Made by a program: the position numbers and the translations under genes
Part shown: in pieces, positions 10,435 through 20,150 of the stretch
How the letters are laid out: the number at the start of each line of letters is the position of its first letter
How positions within the stretch are numbered: position 1 is the stretch's first letter
Source: Nitrosopumilus sp.
Lineage (GTDB): Archaea; Thermoproteota; Nitrososphaeria; Nitrososphaerales; Nitrosopumilaceae
Direction of reading: 5' to 3'
Length of the DNA: 64,000 nucleotides
Assembly (NCBI GenBank): GCA_965205425.1
Contig: CBDBGZ010000009.1
Span: 608,001-672,000 of the forward strand
The notes under the pieces: model-generated
The model's input: the letters and a program-made list of their open reading frames with translations, nothing else
What the model was told of the DNA's origin: nothing
The model's database searches: none

Positions 10435-13209
10435 ATGAGAAAATTCCTAATAATTTTACTAGTCTTATCATTTATTTCAATTCCATTTGCAGCAGCTCAT
10501 CCATTTACTGAAGAAACTATTCCAAATTTAGGATCAAACGCACCAGTCGGAATTTCAGAAGTAATTGTATATTTTTCAGAACCAGTTGATATCAACTTTA
10601 GTGAAATCAAAGTTTTTGATAGTAGTGGAAATCAAATTGATAACAAAGATACCAATTACTATGAAGGGGAATTATCTCTAATTGTCACCACATCACCATT
10701 AGAAGATGGAGTTTATACCGCAGCAGTTAAAGTCCTATCAAAAGTTGATGGTCATTTAGTTCCAAGTGCATTCTTGTTTGGAGTTGGAGATGTTATAATA
10801 CAAGACACTAATCCCCCACTAGTAGAATCTGAAATTATTTTCTTACCAGAAGCTGGTGCAAGATTTCCTGGAATTTTAGGTCAAACCATTGTTTTAGGTG
10901 CAGTAATAGCATCACTGATCATTTGGGGCACACAAAACAAACAACTAATCAAAGAAGAATTAGACAAAGTTGAAATTTTTCATCATGGAAAATTCATGTC
11001 CATTACCGGAATAGGGTTGATGCTAGTATTCATTTCAGATATTTTGATGATTGTAGTTCAAACTGTAAGATTAGAAACTTTTCCAATTGAAGTGATTGGA
11101 ACGTATTTTGGAACCGTTTGGCTTGCTAGAATGATTATTACAATTGTTTTACTTGGTATTTGGTTTGGAATGGATAAGAAAAAGATTCTATCAAAGAAAA
11201 ATCAAATTCCCATGCTTGTTGCATCTCTAGTATTAATTTCAACTTCTAGCTTGATTGGTCATGGTGCAGCTAGTGAACAAATGGAAGCATTAGCATTAGA
11301 CTATATTCATAATTTAGTGGCAGCAGTTTGGATTGGTGGAATCATATACTTTGTTTTTACTTTACTTCCAACATTTTCTCAACTAAAGGACACAAACAGA
11401 GAAAAAATGAGCTTGGTAATGATTCCAAGATTTTCTATTGCATTTATCACCTCAATAGGTATTGTAATAATTACAGGACCTACTCTAATGTGGTTCTTAG
11501 AAACAGATGTAGGATTAATTACAGAATCAGTATTTGGCCAATTAATAATTCTCAAAATTGCAATTGCAGCAATTATGGTAGGGTTGGGAGGATATTTCCA
11601 ACTCAGAGTACAAAAAAATGCAGAAAAGAATTTTTCATTAGGTAAAATTGTGGTTTTCAAAAAACTGAAAAAATCACTTAAAGTTGATGCGGCATTAGGA
11701 ATTATTCTTCTAGGAGTTGTTGCATTACTAACTAACGGAACATTACCTGCAGGGGAAATCCAAAAAGTTGATGCTCAAGAAATTATCTATGGATTCAAAA
11801 CTATAGAATTTTCAGAAAATGCAAAATTTGATATCGATATTTCGCCATTTTCTAGTGGAACAAATACAATTCTAGTTAAAGTAAGTGATTTTGATGGAAA
11901 CCAACTTTATGATTCTGAACAGATTAGAGTAAAAATATCAAATCCATCAAAGAATATTTCTCCTATTGAAGTTCCAATATCAATAAAGAATCTCTCAGAC
12001 CCAATTCAATTCCAAGGGGAATTAACATTTGGATTTTCAGGAGAATGGTTAGTAGAGGTTGAAGCTCAAAGAACTGAGAATGCAAATGAATCAATTATGT
12101 TAAATTTACTTGTAAAACCTAGACTAGCAAATATTCAAACACAAATTATTGAATATGATTTACCTGAAGCTGCTAAACCATTATTTGCAGTATATGATGG
12201 AAAAGATTCTTTGTGGATTAGTGATGCATCTGCTCCTAGGATATGGGAATTTTCACTTGAAACAAATGAATTTACTCCATATTCATTTGATGGTTTAGTT
12301 ACAACTTTTCTAACACAAGACAACAAAGGAAATATTTGGTTTACAGATACTCCTAGAAACCAAATTGGATTTATTGACATTGAAACTAAAGAAATTACTA
12401 CTAAAACTATACCAAAACTAGATCCAGTAATTTCAGAAAATTCACCATTGTTCCTTAAAGCAGACTTTGATGATAACATTTGGATTACAATAATCAACAA
12501 AGATAAAATTCTAAAATATTTACCAGAGCAGGATATTTTTGAGGAAATTGGTCTACCTAACAAACAATCTCTTCCATTTGCATTAACATTAGATAATGAT
12601 GGAAAGATTTGGTATTCTGCTACAGGTTCTGGTAAAATTGGATTCATTGATCCTCAAAATAATCAATTAACACAAATCTCAACTGAAACAGTATTGCAAG
12701 CACCAGAAGCTTTGATTTTTGATGAAGATGGGAATCTATGGATTGCAGAGCACACAGGGTTGGCAATTACTAAATTTAATCCAATTTTAGAGACATTTAG
12801 TAAGATAGCTGTGCCTGATAAAGAGGCATTACCATTTGGTATGACATTTGACAAATATGGAAATATTTGGTTTGCACAACATACCGTAGACAGTCTAGGC
12901 GTTTATGATCCTGACAACAATGATTTGTTAGAAATTCCAGTTCCAACTGAAACTTCTTTCATTCAATTTATGGTATCAGATGGAAATGACAATGTTTGGT
13001 TTGTTGAACAGCAATCAAATAAAATTGGAACTATAAAGATGACGGAAATTCCAGTAAGTATTTCACAGATTCAAGAATCAAATGGAGTAGAAATAAAATA
13101 TACAGAACTTGCATCTCCATTAATTGCATTAGGAATTATTGCAACATCATTATTTTATGTAAAAAGCATTCAAGATAAAAGAAGATTAAATTCTTTGATT
13201 AATTCTTAG
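10435..13209 (+). CDS. CopC-CopD fusion with C-terminal Vgb/NHL-like beta-propeller (copper uptake/resistance)
   Basis: AAA|HPF...FSEPV...S.VDGH (CopC); GHGAA...H.L...VWIGG and PRFS (CopD); repeated D..GNIWF blades. Confidence 0.9.
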   Translation: MRKFLIILLVLSFISIPFAAAHPFTEETIPNLGSNAPVGISEVIVYFSEPVDINFSEIKVFDSSGNQIDNKDTNYYEGELSLIVTTSPLEDGVYTAAVKVLSKVDGHLVPSAFLFGVGDVIIQDTNPPLVESEIIFLPEAGARFPGILGQTIVLGAVIASLIIWGTQNKQLIKEELDKVEIFHHGKFMSITGIGLMLVFISDILMIVVQTVRLETFPIEVIGTYFGTVWLARMIITIVLLGIWFGMDKKKILSKKNQIPMLVASLVLISTSSLIGHGAASEQMEALALDYIHNLVAAVWIGGIIYFVFTLLPTFSQLKDTNREKMSLVMIPRFSIAFITSIGIVIITGPTLMWFLETDVGLITESVFGQLIILKIAIAAIMVGLGGYFQLRVQKNAEKNFSLGKIVVFKKLKKSLKVDAALGIILLGVVALLTNGTLPAGEIQKVDAQEIIYGFKTIEFSENAKFDIDISPFSSGTNTILVKVSDFDGNQLYDSEQIRVKISNPSKNISPIEVPISIKNLSDPIQFQGELTFGFSGEWLVEVEAQRTENANESIMLNLLVKPRLANIQTQIIEYDLPEAAKPLFAVYDGKDSLWISDASAPRIWEFSLETNEFTPYSFDGLVTTFLTQDNKGNIWFTDTPRNQIGFIDIETKEITTKTIPKLDPVISENSPLFLKADFDDNIWITIINKDKILKYLPEQDIFEEIGLPNKQSLPFALTLDNDGKIWYSATGSGKIGFIDPQNNQLTQISTETVLQAPEALIFDEDGNLWIAEHTGLAITKFNPILETFSKIAVPDKEALPFGMTFDKYGNIWFAQHTVDSLGVYDPDNNDLLEIPVPTETSFIQFMVSDGNDNVWFVEQQSNKIGTIKMTEIPVSISQIQESNGVEIKYTELASPLIALGIIATSLFYVKSIQDKRRLNSLINS

Positions 13210-14017
13210 ATAATAGCCCTGCAGATTTTATTCCCATTGTTCCTGCAAGTAATCCAATTGCAACCAAAACAATAGTTCCTGCAGGAGTAATATCAAAAAT
13301 ATAAGAAATTAAAATTCCTGAAACCACTGAAAATACAGAGAAGCTCATAGAAATTATTGCAGTTTGTTTGAACCCTTTACCATACATAATTGCAGCAACA
13401 TTTGGAATTACAAATAGAGCAGAAATTAACAATACACCTACAAGTTGTATTGATGTGACTACAGTAATTCCTGCCATAAACACAATCAAATAATTTATTT
13501 TTTCTACAGGAATTCCACTGACTTTAGCTTGTTCCTCATTAAATGTAGAATAGAGAAGTTGTCTATAGAGGCTCAAAATTACAATAAGAATAATGCCAGT
13601 TAAAGATAAGATTAGAACTGTATCATCTACACTAACAAGTAGAATACTACCAAATAGAAAACTAAAGATGTCAATTGTAAAACCTCCAGATAATCCAATA
13701 ATTACAAGCCCAACTGCTATGCCTGAAGATAACAGTACAGCAATAGATGCATCTCCAGATATGTTATATCGATCTTTAATTTTTGTAATTATTAATGCAC
13801 TAGCAATTGAAACTCCATAGGCTGTCCATAATGGATAAATGCCTGCAAGTAATCCTAATGCAATTCCACCAAATGATGAATGCGCAATTGCATCACCAAA
13901 TAGTGAATATCGTCTCAAAACTAGAAACAGTCCTACTACAGAACAAAGAATCGCAATAGCAATACCAGAAATTAAGGCTCTATGCATAAAACTAAAAGTT
14001 AGAATTTCAAAAGACAT
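13199..14017 (-). CDS. znuB: Zn/Mn ABC transporter permease
   Basis: RR.SLFGDAIAHSSFGG, LFGSIL and VGVLLISAL motifs. Confidence 0.9.
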   Translation of the reverse strand: MSFEILTFSFMHRALISGIAIAILCSVVGLFLVLRRYSLFGDAIAHSSFGGIALGLLAGIYPLWTAYGVSIASALIITKIKDRYNISGDASIAVLLSSGIAVGLVIIGLSGGFTIDIFSFLFGSILLVSVDDTVLILSLTGIILIVILSLYRQLLYSTFNEEQAKVSGIPVEKINYLIVFMAGITVVTSIQLVGVLLISALFVIPNVAAIMYGKGFKQTAIISMSFSVFSVVSGILISYIFDITPAGTIVLVAIGLLAGTMGIKSAGLLSKN

Positions 14018-14019
14018 GA

Positions 14020-14742
14020 TTAATGATGATGCATGTGTTCCTGCATTGAAGCTTCAGAGTATTGTTTCACTAATTCATCATCTGAAAAGAATTTTTCAGA
14101 TTCACCATGAAAGAATAAAGTTCTATTCAAACATGCAACATGATTTGCTAGTTGATTTACTGCATCCAAATCATGAGATGACCAAATGATTGTAATTTTT
14201 TGTTTAGAATTTAGTTCACGTAAAATACTGTAAAATAGATCAATGCTTTGTTGATCAATTCCTGTTACTGGTTCATCTAAAATTAAAATTTTCGGATTAT
14301 TTACCAAAGCTTTTGCAATAAAGACACGTTGCTGTTGACCTCCAGATAGTTCTCCAATTCGTCTATCACGTAGTTCATGTATCCACAACTGTTGCAAAAT
14401 CTCATCAATTTTATTTTCATCAGATTCATTTGTTATACCCATTCGGACGACATCATTTACAGTTACAGGAAAATTTTTTTCAAATATTGGTTTTTGTGGT
14501 ACATATCCAATTTGTTTAAGATATTTTTTTGATTTTTTGATTTCCTCACCAAAAAATTTGATTGTACCTTCATATCTTGTGTAAAGTCCCAACATTGATG
14601 AAAATAGTGTAGATTTTCCTGCTCCGTTAGGACCTATTATGCCTAGAAAATCACCTTCATTGACCTCAAAACTGACATTATCAAGTGCCTTGACATCAGG
14701 GTATTTTACTGTAAGATTTTTGATTTCTACGACTTTCAACAC
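14020..14742 (-). CDS. znuC: Zn/Mn ABC transporter ATP-binding protein
   Basis: GPNGAGKST, LSGGQQQR, LDEP and SHD motifs; His-rich tail. Confidence 0.9.
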   Translation of the reverse strand: MLKVVEIKNLTVKYPDVKALDNVSFEVNEGDFLGIIGPNGAGKSTLFSSMLGLYTRYEGTIKFFGEEIKKSKKYLKQIGYVPQKPIFEKNFPVTVNDVVRMGITNESDENKIDEILQQLWIHELRDRRIGELSGGQQQRVFIAKALVNNPKILILDEPVTGIDQQSIDLFYSILRELNSKQKITIIWSSHDLDAVNQLANHVACLNRTLFFHGESEKFFSDDELVKQYSEASMQEHMHHH

Positions 14743-15737
14743 AATGCTTCCTTAAGATTTTCAAGATTCTCATTCATCTTAGAAATATAGGTTCCATCTG
14801 TAACAACTTCTAATGGTGACAGTATCAATACTTTACCACCTATTTCATCAGCAATAATTTCAGAAGTTTTTTGATTTACAGCTTCTTCACTGAAAATAAC
14901 TTTAATGTTAAGCTCTTTTGCTTCTGAAATTACTTTTTCTAATGTTCTTGCCGAAGCTTCACCATGTGGATTATTTGAAGAGAGTATAGTATGTTGTGTT
15001 AATTCATACTCATCTGCAAAATATGAAAATGCATCATGGAAAGCTATGAAATCACTTTTACAAGATGATAACTCTGTACGAATTTTTGAGTCAAGGTCAT
15101 CTAATTGTTTTACGTATGCAGCTGCATTTTTTTGGTAAAATTCTCTATTTTCAGGATCTGAATTTGAAAATCCGTTTGCAATATTTTGAACTTGAGTTTT
15201 AGCAAGTACTGGATTTAACCAAATATGAGGATCTCCTAAGCTGTGATTATGTTTGTCATTTGACTCTTCTTCATGTTCTTCTTCATGTTCTTCTTCATGT
15301 TCTTCTTCATGTTCTTCTTCATGTTCTTCTTCATGTTCTTCTTCATGACTTTCAACTAAAATTCCATTACTAGTATCAATAATTATTCCAGAAAAATCAT
15401 TGTTTTCTAAACTTTCAACCCATGTTTCAAAACCAATTCCATTAATAATTATAAGATCTGCTGATTGCATTTTTTGGACATCTTTAATTGTTGGTTCCCA
15501 ATCATGTGGTTCTACACCAATTGGAGTAAGCAGGATTGCGTCAATTTTCTCTTGTCCAATTTTTTGAGAGAATTCATGAAGAGGATAAAACGATGAAATT
15601 ACTTTGAGTTTTGAATTTTCAATAACGTCTGAATTTTTTACAGAATCAGTCCCATAAACTGCAAACACAGCAAGAGGAATTACCACGATAATAGCAATAA
15701 TTGCCATCTTGCTTTGACTATTCATGACCAAAAACAA
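14736..15737 (-). CDS. znuA: Zn/Mn ABC transporter substrate-binding protein with (HEEE)7 loop (ATG start probably 15725)
   Basis: EPHDWEP, DPHIWL and FHDAFSY motifs. Confidence 0.9.
   Translation of the reverse strand: MFLVMNSQSKMAIIAIIVVIPLAVFAVYGTDSVKNSDVIENSKLKVISSFYPLHEFSQKIGQEKIDAILLTPIGVEPHDWEPTIKDVQKMQSADLIIINGIGFETWVESLENNDFSGIIIDTSNGILVESHEEEHEEEHEEEHEEEHEEEHEEEHEEESNDKHNHSLGDPHIWLNPVLAKTQVQNIANGFSNSDPENREFYQKNAAAYVKQLDDLDSKIRTELSSCKSDFIAFHDAFSYFADEYELTQHTILSSNNPHGEASARTLEKVISEAKELNIKVIFSEEAVNQKTSEIIADEIGGKVLILSPLEVVTDGTYISKMNENLENLKEALC
15265..15347. repeat. Perfect 12-bp tandem repeat, about 7 copies (TCTTCTTCATGT), encoding HEEE
   Basis: Read directly from the sequence. Confidence 0.95.
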
Positions 15738-15743
15738 TCTAAA

Positions 15744-15805
15744 TTATTAATAAACCTATAAAATCTTAATAAGATTTATTGCTAAACTTATAAGCTAATT
15801 AATAA
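15744..15805. promoter_or_regulatory. Divergent znuA/NikR-like promoter with palindrome AAATCTTA-A-TAAGATTT (15761-15777) and three TTAATAA boxes
   Basis: Perfect 8-bp inverted repeat between divergently transcribed genes. Operator function is inferred. Confidence 0.45.
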
Positions 15806-15815
15806 CATTAGGCAT

Positions 15816-16199
15816 ATGCCAATAGTCTCAATCTCATTAAATGATGAAATTCTATCAGAATTAGACAAGCTTCAATCATCTATGGGGTTTTCTGGTAGGT
15901 CAGAAGCTATCAGAGCAGGAATCCGATCGTTTGTTTCTGAAGAAAAACAAAAAGCAGATTTGGAAGGAAATATTCACGCGATTCTTTTGGTAGTACACAA
16001 TGATGAATTTGATCATATAGTTTCAGGCATCACACATAATTTTGAAGATCTAATTACAACTCACCTTCATAGTAAAATTGAGAAAGAGAAATGTATGGAG
16101 CTTTTTCTAATTGATGGTGATGCAGAAAAAGTATCTACCATGACAAAAGATTTTCAGACAAATAAAAACATGGATACAGTAAAGTTAGTTGCACTTTAG
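15816..16199 (+). CDS. NikR-family ribbon-helix-helix metal-responsive regulator
   Basis: VSISL...RSEAIR RHH domain; H...HLH..C.E metal-binding domain. Confidence 0.88.
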   Translation: MPIVSISLNDEILSELDKLQSSMGFSGRSEAIRAGIRSFVSEEKQKADLEGNIHAILLVVHNDEFDHIVSGITHNFEDLITTHLHSKIEKEKCMELFLIDGDAEKVSTMTKDFQTNKNMDTVKLVAL

Positions 16200-17560
16200 A
16201 TATTAAGCGAAGTTTTTCTTGTTACAAAAATAATACTCATTATAGAAATTATCAAAACAAGTATTGCAATACTTCCAAATTCAGGTACTACAACTAGAGC
16301 AAATTCAGTTTCTTGACCTGTATTTCTAATATTTTCAAATTTAATAATTGTTGGACCAGTTTGATCTTCAGAGAATGTAAATTTCTCAAATTCTCCTCCA
16401 ATTTGAGCAGTTCCAGATGTACGGTGAATTTCTTGTCCATTTTGAATTATTACAAATGTATAATCAGAGCTTCTCATAGGTTCATTTGTTTTTCCATCCC
16501 TGATTGTAAAAATAAAATTAGTATCAATGCCAGGTTCTACAGATATAGGATCCCATGCAAGATTAATTTTGAAGTCTTCACTTTTTGTATATGCTTCTAA
16601 TGGAAATGAAGCATCTTCACTTGCAGATAATGTAAATAACATATTATCAGGTAAAGGCTTATCAGATTTTTTCATTTCATTTTTCATATATCGTAAATGA
16701 TCTTGCAATAAAACAAGATGAACTATTCTTTCATCATCTTCAGTATAATCATCAACTGCAACTGAGGATTTGAATAATTCAATTCCATTTACATTTGCAG
16801 AATAGCTAGGAGATAAAAATTCTACAAAATCTTTTGGGAAATGAGTTTCAACATGTACTACTGGTACATGAGACATTTGTTTTTCACTCCAATCAAAAGG
16901 CATTTCAAAAGTGATTTCTTTAGCCTCAGAATTATACTCAAAATTCGATATTGTGTCAAAATATGACTTTGAACCAAATTCAACAGAATTAGTCTCAGAA
17001 TCTTGCTCCATGAAAAACTTAGTCTCAATCAGGCTCAAATCTGCATTATAGATACCAGAATTCTCTATGATGTTTGTAGGTTCATCAATAGTTCTTACTT
17101 CAATTTCAAAATTATACAATCCACCTGATGTAAAAAGCGGGCCAATTATTTCAACAGGGTTGGATTCTGTTCCATGCCAAGCACCAAGTAGAGAATCTTG
17201 TTCTCCATTAATTATAAAATTATTATATCCTTGTTGAGGAGAAATCTTAATTGGTAACACACCATTTTCTGTAAAGAAATAATTTCTAAAAATCATTTCA
17301 TCTTTATGAAATAACCCAATAAGAAAAGTTACATTTTTTGCATTTTCTTTTGTTTCGTCTTCTGTTGCAGTAATTGTGATTTGGCCCTCCTGATCACTTT
17401 CAAAATACATTGGCATCTCTACTGATATTGTGAGTTGTTTACCTTGTACATCTACTGAGGATATGGTATCAATTCCAAATCCATGTCCATAGACACTACT
17501 TGCAGGAAACAATAAGCATGCAACTAGTACAAATATTACAAAATTTTTGAATGGCATCAT
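16196..17560 (-). CDS. Secreted surface protein paralogue, predicted mature His1, PEFG-CTERM anchor
   Basis: SVYG|HGFGID; core SYFD...MPFDW...VVHVE...VNGIE...IVH; VVPEFG followed by a TM helix. Confidence 0.87.
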   Translation of the reverse strand: MMPFKNFVIFVLVACLLFPASSVYGHGFGIDTISSVDVQGKQLTISVEMPMYFESDQEGQITITATEDETKENAKNVTFLIGLFHKDEMIFRNYFFTENGVLPIKISPQQGYNNFIINGEQDSLLGAWHGTESNPVEIIGPLFTSGGLYNFEIEVRTIDEPTNIIENSGIYNADLSLIETKFFMEQDSETNSVEFGSKSYFDTISNFEYNSEAKEITFEMPFDWSEKQMSHVPVVHVETHFPKDFVEFLSPSYSANVNGIELFKSSVAVDDYTEDDERIVHLVLLQDHLRYMKNEMKKSDKPLPDNMLFTLSASEDASFPLEAYTKSEDFKINLAWDPISVEPGIDTNFIFTIRDGKTNEPMRSSDYTFVIIQNGQEIHRTSGTAQIGGEFEKFTFSEDQTGPTIIKFENIRNTGQETEFALVVVPEFGSIAILVLIISIMSIIFVTRKTSLNI

Positions 17561-17562
17561 AT

Positions 17563-18270
17563 CTACACTGTTAGTAATTCTTCAACTCGTTTAATTAGTT
17601 CATCCATAGTTATAGCTTCCAAAATAGGTTGAAGTTCATGTGGATCTTTTGCACCAATTGCAGATAATGAATAGATATAATCAATTGTAGGGGTATCAGT
17701 GTTTAGATAGTATTGTTCTAAAACATGATCTAATGAATGTGAATCAACAATTTGTGGCAAAGCTTGTTTAATGATTTTCTTTTTCCATAATTCAACAAGT
17801 GCTTCCCATTTCTCAAGTGAAATGCTCTCATCAATTTCTGGAATCATCTCAACTTCAGCTTGAATGTACATTTTTTCTTCTGTTCCAATCTTTTCATGTA
17901 TTTCAGAAATTTCCTGATGTCCTTCTACTGAGAGAGGATCATAATTTGCAGGTTGAGAAATAGATGGTGGAATGATTCGTTTAATTTTAAATGAATTTCG
18001 TCCTAATGTTTCAATGTGTAATTGCAATCCATCAAGTTCTACATCCTCACATTTTGAAATTTTAGCAATAGTTCCTACTAATTTAGGAGAATTCCAGCCA
18101 TTAACAGAATTATGCTCATCAATCAAGCAAACTCCAAACTGACCATCTCCAATCATACAGTCATCTACTAGTTGCTTGTAGCGAGGCTCAAAAATTCGGA
18201 GTGGTAATTCTTGTCTTGGGAATAAAACCAAGTCTAATGGAAAAATTGGAATAATTTTTGTTTCAGTCAA
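17563..18270 (-). CDS. LON peptidase substrate-binding (N-terminal) domain protein
   Basis: IPIFPL..VLFP...LPLRIFEPRY..LV.DC motif. Confidence 0.9.
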   Translation of the reverse strand: MTETKIIPIFPLDLVLFPRQELPLRIFEPRYKQLVDDCMIGDGQFGVCLIDEHNSVNGWNSPKLVGTIAKISKCEDVELDGLQLHIETLGRNSFKIKRIIPPSISQPANYDPLSVEGHQEISEIHEKIGTEEKMYIQAEVEMIPEIDESISLEKWEALVELWKKKIIKQALPQIVDSHSLDHVLEQYYLNTDTPTIDYIYSLSAIGAKDPHELQPILEAITMDELIKRVEELLTV

Positions 18271-18322
18271 CTAGTGATATTGAAACGTCTCTAGATATAT
18301 GGAATACGGATTTTCTGAAAAA

Positions 18323-19252
18323 TTAAAATCCATTCTCATTGAGAATCATACCTAATAGAGCAGAACGTGTATGTTTTCCGTATTCAGCTTGTTCAAAGTA
18401 CTTGGCATTTTTTGTTTTATCAACATCAGCTGAAATTTCATCTATTCTTGGTAGTGGATGTAAAATTATTGAATCATTTTTCATTCGTTTTAGCATGTCT
18501 AACCCTACCACATAACTTCCCTTTACTTTGAGATATTCTTCTTCATCAGGGAATCTTTCTTTTTGAATTCTGGTAACATAAAGAACATCAAGTTCATCTA
18601 GATGTTCTTCAATATCAGCAGTTTCAGTAAAGTCTAATTTCTTTTTTATTTCATAAGTTGAATCGGATCTAATTCTTAGTGATTCGGGAGAAATTAATCT
18701 AACATCAACATCATAGTTTCCTAAACCATGTAATAGTGAGTAGACAGTTCGGCCATACTTTAGATCACCAACAATTCCAATTTTAAGACCATCAATCTTT
18801 TTCTTTTCTTTTTTAATTGTAAACAAATCTTGAATTGCTTGAGTTGGATGTTCTTCGGTACCACTGCCTGCATTGATAACTGGTTTTTCAGAAATTTCAG
18901 CTGCAAATCTACTTGAACCATCCAAAGTATGGCGTAAAACAAGTATGTCTGAATAAATGGACATTATTCTAACAGTATCAGCTAGACTTTCACCTTTTTG
19001 AGTTGAGGAAGATGTAATGTCAGAAATCCCTAATGAATTTCCACCAATTGATGCCATTGCTGAATCAAAGCTAAGACGAGTTCTGGTACTTGGCTCATAA
19101 AACAGATATCCCAAAGTTTTGCCTTTACAAATTTCCCTTCTATCAAAAGGGTTTAGCTTCATAATTTTGTCAGTGGCTGTAAAGATGGACTCTAGTTGTT
19201 CTTTAGAATAGTCCTTAATTGAGATGATGTCTTTTTGGTAGAACTCGTTCAT
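18323..19252 (-). CDS. pyrB: Aspartate carbamoyltransferase catalytic subunit
   Basis: EPSTRTR, HPTQ, GDLKYGRTV and HPLPR motifs. Confidence 0.97.
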   Translation of the reverse strand: MNEFYQKDIISIKDYSKEQLESIFTATDKIMKLNPFDRREICKGKTLGYLFYEPSTRTRLSFDSAMASIGGNSLGISDITSSSTQKGESLADTVRIMSIYSDILVLRHTLDGSSRFAAEISEKPVINAGSGTEEHPTQAIQDLFTIKKEKKKIDGLKIGIVGDLKYGRTVYSLLHGLGNYDVDVRLISPESLRIRSDSTYEIKKKLDFTETADIEEHLDELDVLYVTRIQKERFPDEEEYLKVKGSYVVGLDMLKRMKNDSIILHPLPRIDEISADVDKTKNAKYFEQAEYGKHTRSALLGMILNENGF

Positions 19253-19272
19253 TCTTTCAATAATATATACAG

Positions 19273-19755
19273 GTGACTATACAAAGTATTCTGATGGAAC
19301 AGTCCGACCTTATGGTTCGACGAATTAAGGAAGGTACTGTAATTGACCATATAGACGAAGGTAAGGGTCTTCAGGTTCTAAATGCATTAAGAATTGATGG
19401 AAGAGATGGTAGTCTAATTACCATAGCCTTGAATGTTCCAAGTGGGAAATTTAAGAAAAAAGATATCATCAAGGTAGAAAACAAGTTTCTAAAAGATGAT
19501 GACACAAACAAACTAGCAGTGATTGCACCAACTGCAACTATCAACATGATAAAAGAGTACAAGCTTGTTGAAAAAAGAAGAGTTGCGCTACCAAATGAGA
19601 TTGATAGAATTTTTAGATGTTCAAACCCAGATTGTATTACAAACAGTACAGAACACATAGAATCAGTAATGGATGTAATTGACAAGAAAGGAAGAGTGCT
19701 CAAATGCAGATATTGTGCAAGAGTCTTAGACGTAAATCAGCTAAAATATAATTAA
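19273..19755 (+). CDS. pyrI: Aspartate carbamoyltransferase regulatory subunit (ATG start probably 19294)
   Basis: GTVIDHI, KKDIIKVE, CSNPDCITN and CRYC motifs. Confidence 0.96.
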   Translation: MTIQSILMEQSDLMVRRIKEGTVIDHIDEGKGLQVLNALRIDGRDGSLITIALNVPSGKFKKKDIIKVENKFLKDDDTNKLAVIAPTATINMIKEYKLVEKRRVALPNEIDRIFRCSNPDCITNSTEHIESVMDVIDKKGRVLKCRYCARVLDVNQLKYN

Positions 19756-19792
19756 AGAAAAAATCTAAAAATTGAAAAATTTGTTGTTTGGA

Positions 19793-20098
19793 CTATTGTC
19801 CTAAGATGATAAACATCATAACTATACCGTAGATTGCGATTGATTCGACCATACCTACGAAGATGAATACCTTTGATTGTAAAGCTGGGTTCTCACTAAT
19901 GACTGCAAGACCGGCTGCACCTACTTGACCAAGACCTATTCCTGCTCCACCGGCTGCAATACCAAAGGCTAATCCAGCACCTAGAAGTTTCATAGAGTCG
20001 CCACTAGATGCACCATCTTCTGCTGCAAATGCAACTCCGGTTGAACCTAGAATTGAAATTGCTGATGCTGCCAAAAGTAACATGACGATAGATTTCAT
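19793..20098 (-). CDS. atpK: A-type ATP synthase proteolipid subunit K/c with N-terminal presequence
   Basis: Gly-rich hairpin with ENP loop and ion-binding Glu in VESIAIYG. Confidence 0.95.
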   Translation of the reverse strand: MKSIVMLLLAASAISILGSTGVAFAAEDGASSGDSMKLLGAGLAFGIAAGGAGIGLGQVGAAGLAVISENPALQSKVFIFVGMVESIAIYGIVMMFIILGQ

Positions 20099-20150
20099 TT
20101 ACGATCAGGCTCCATGATATCCATATTTAAATCATGATGAGATAAGAATT

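Noticed and set aside
15265..15347. Tandem repeat as a possible CRISPR array
   Set aside because: No spacers; it is an in-frame 12-bp coding repeat in znuA.
19793..20098. Na+-specific c-ring
   Set aside because: ES..Y is present, but the helix-1 Gln position reads Leu (GIGLG), so the Na+ signature is incomplete.
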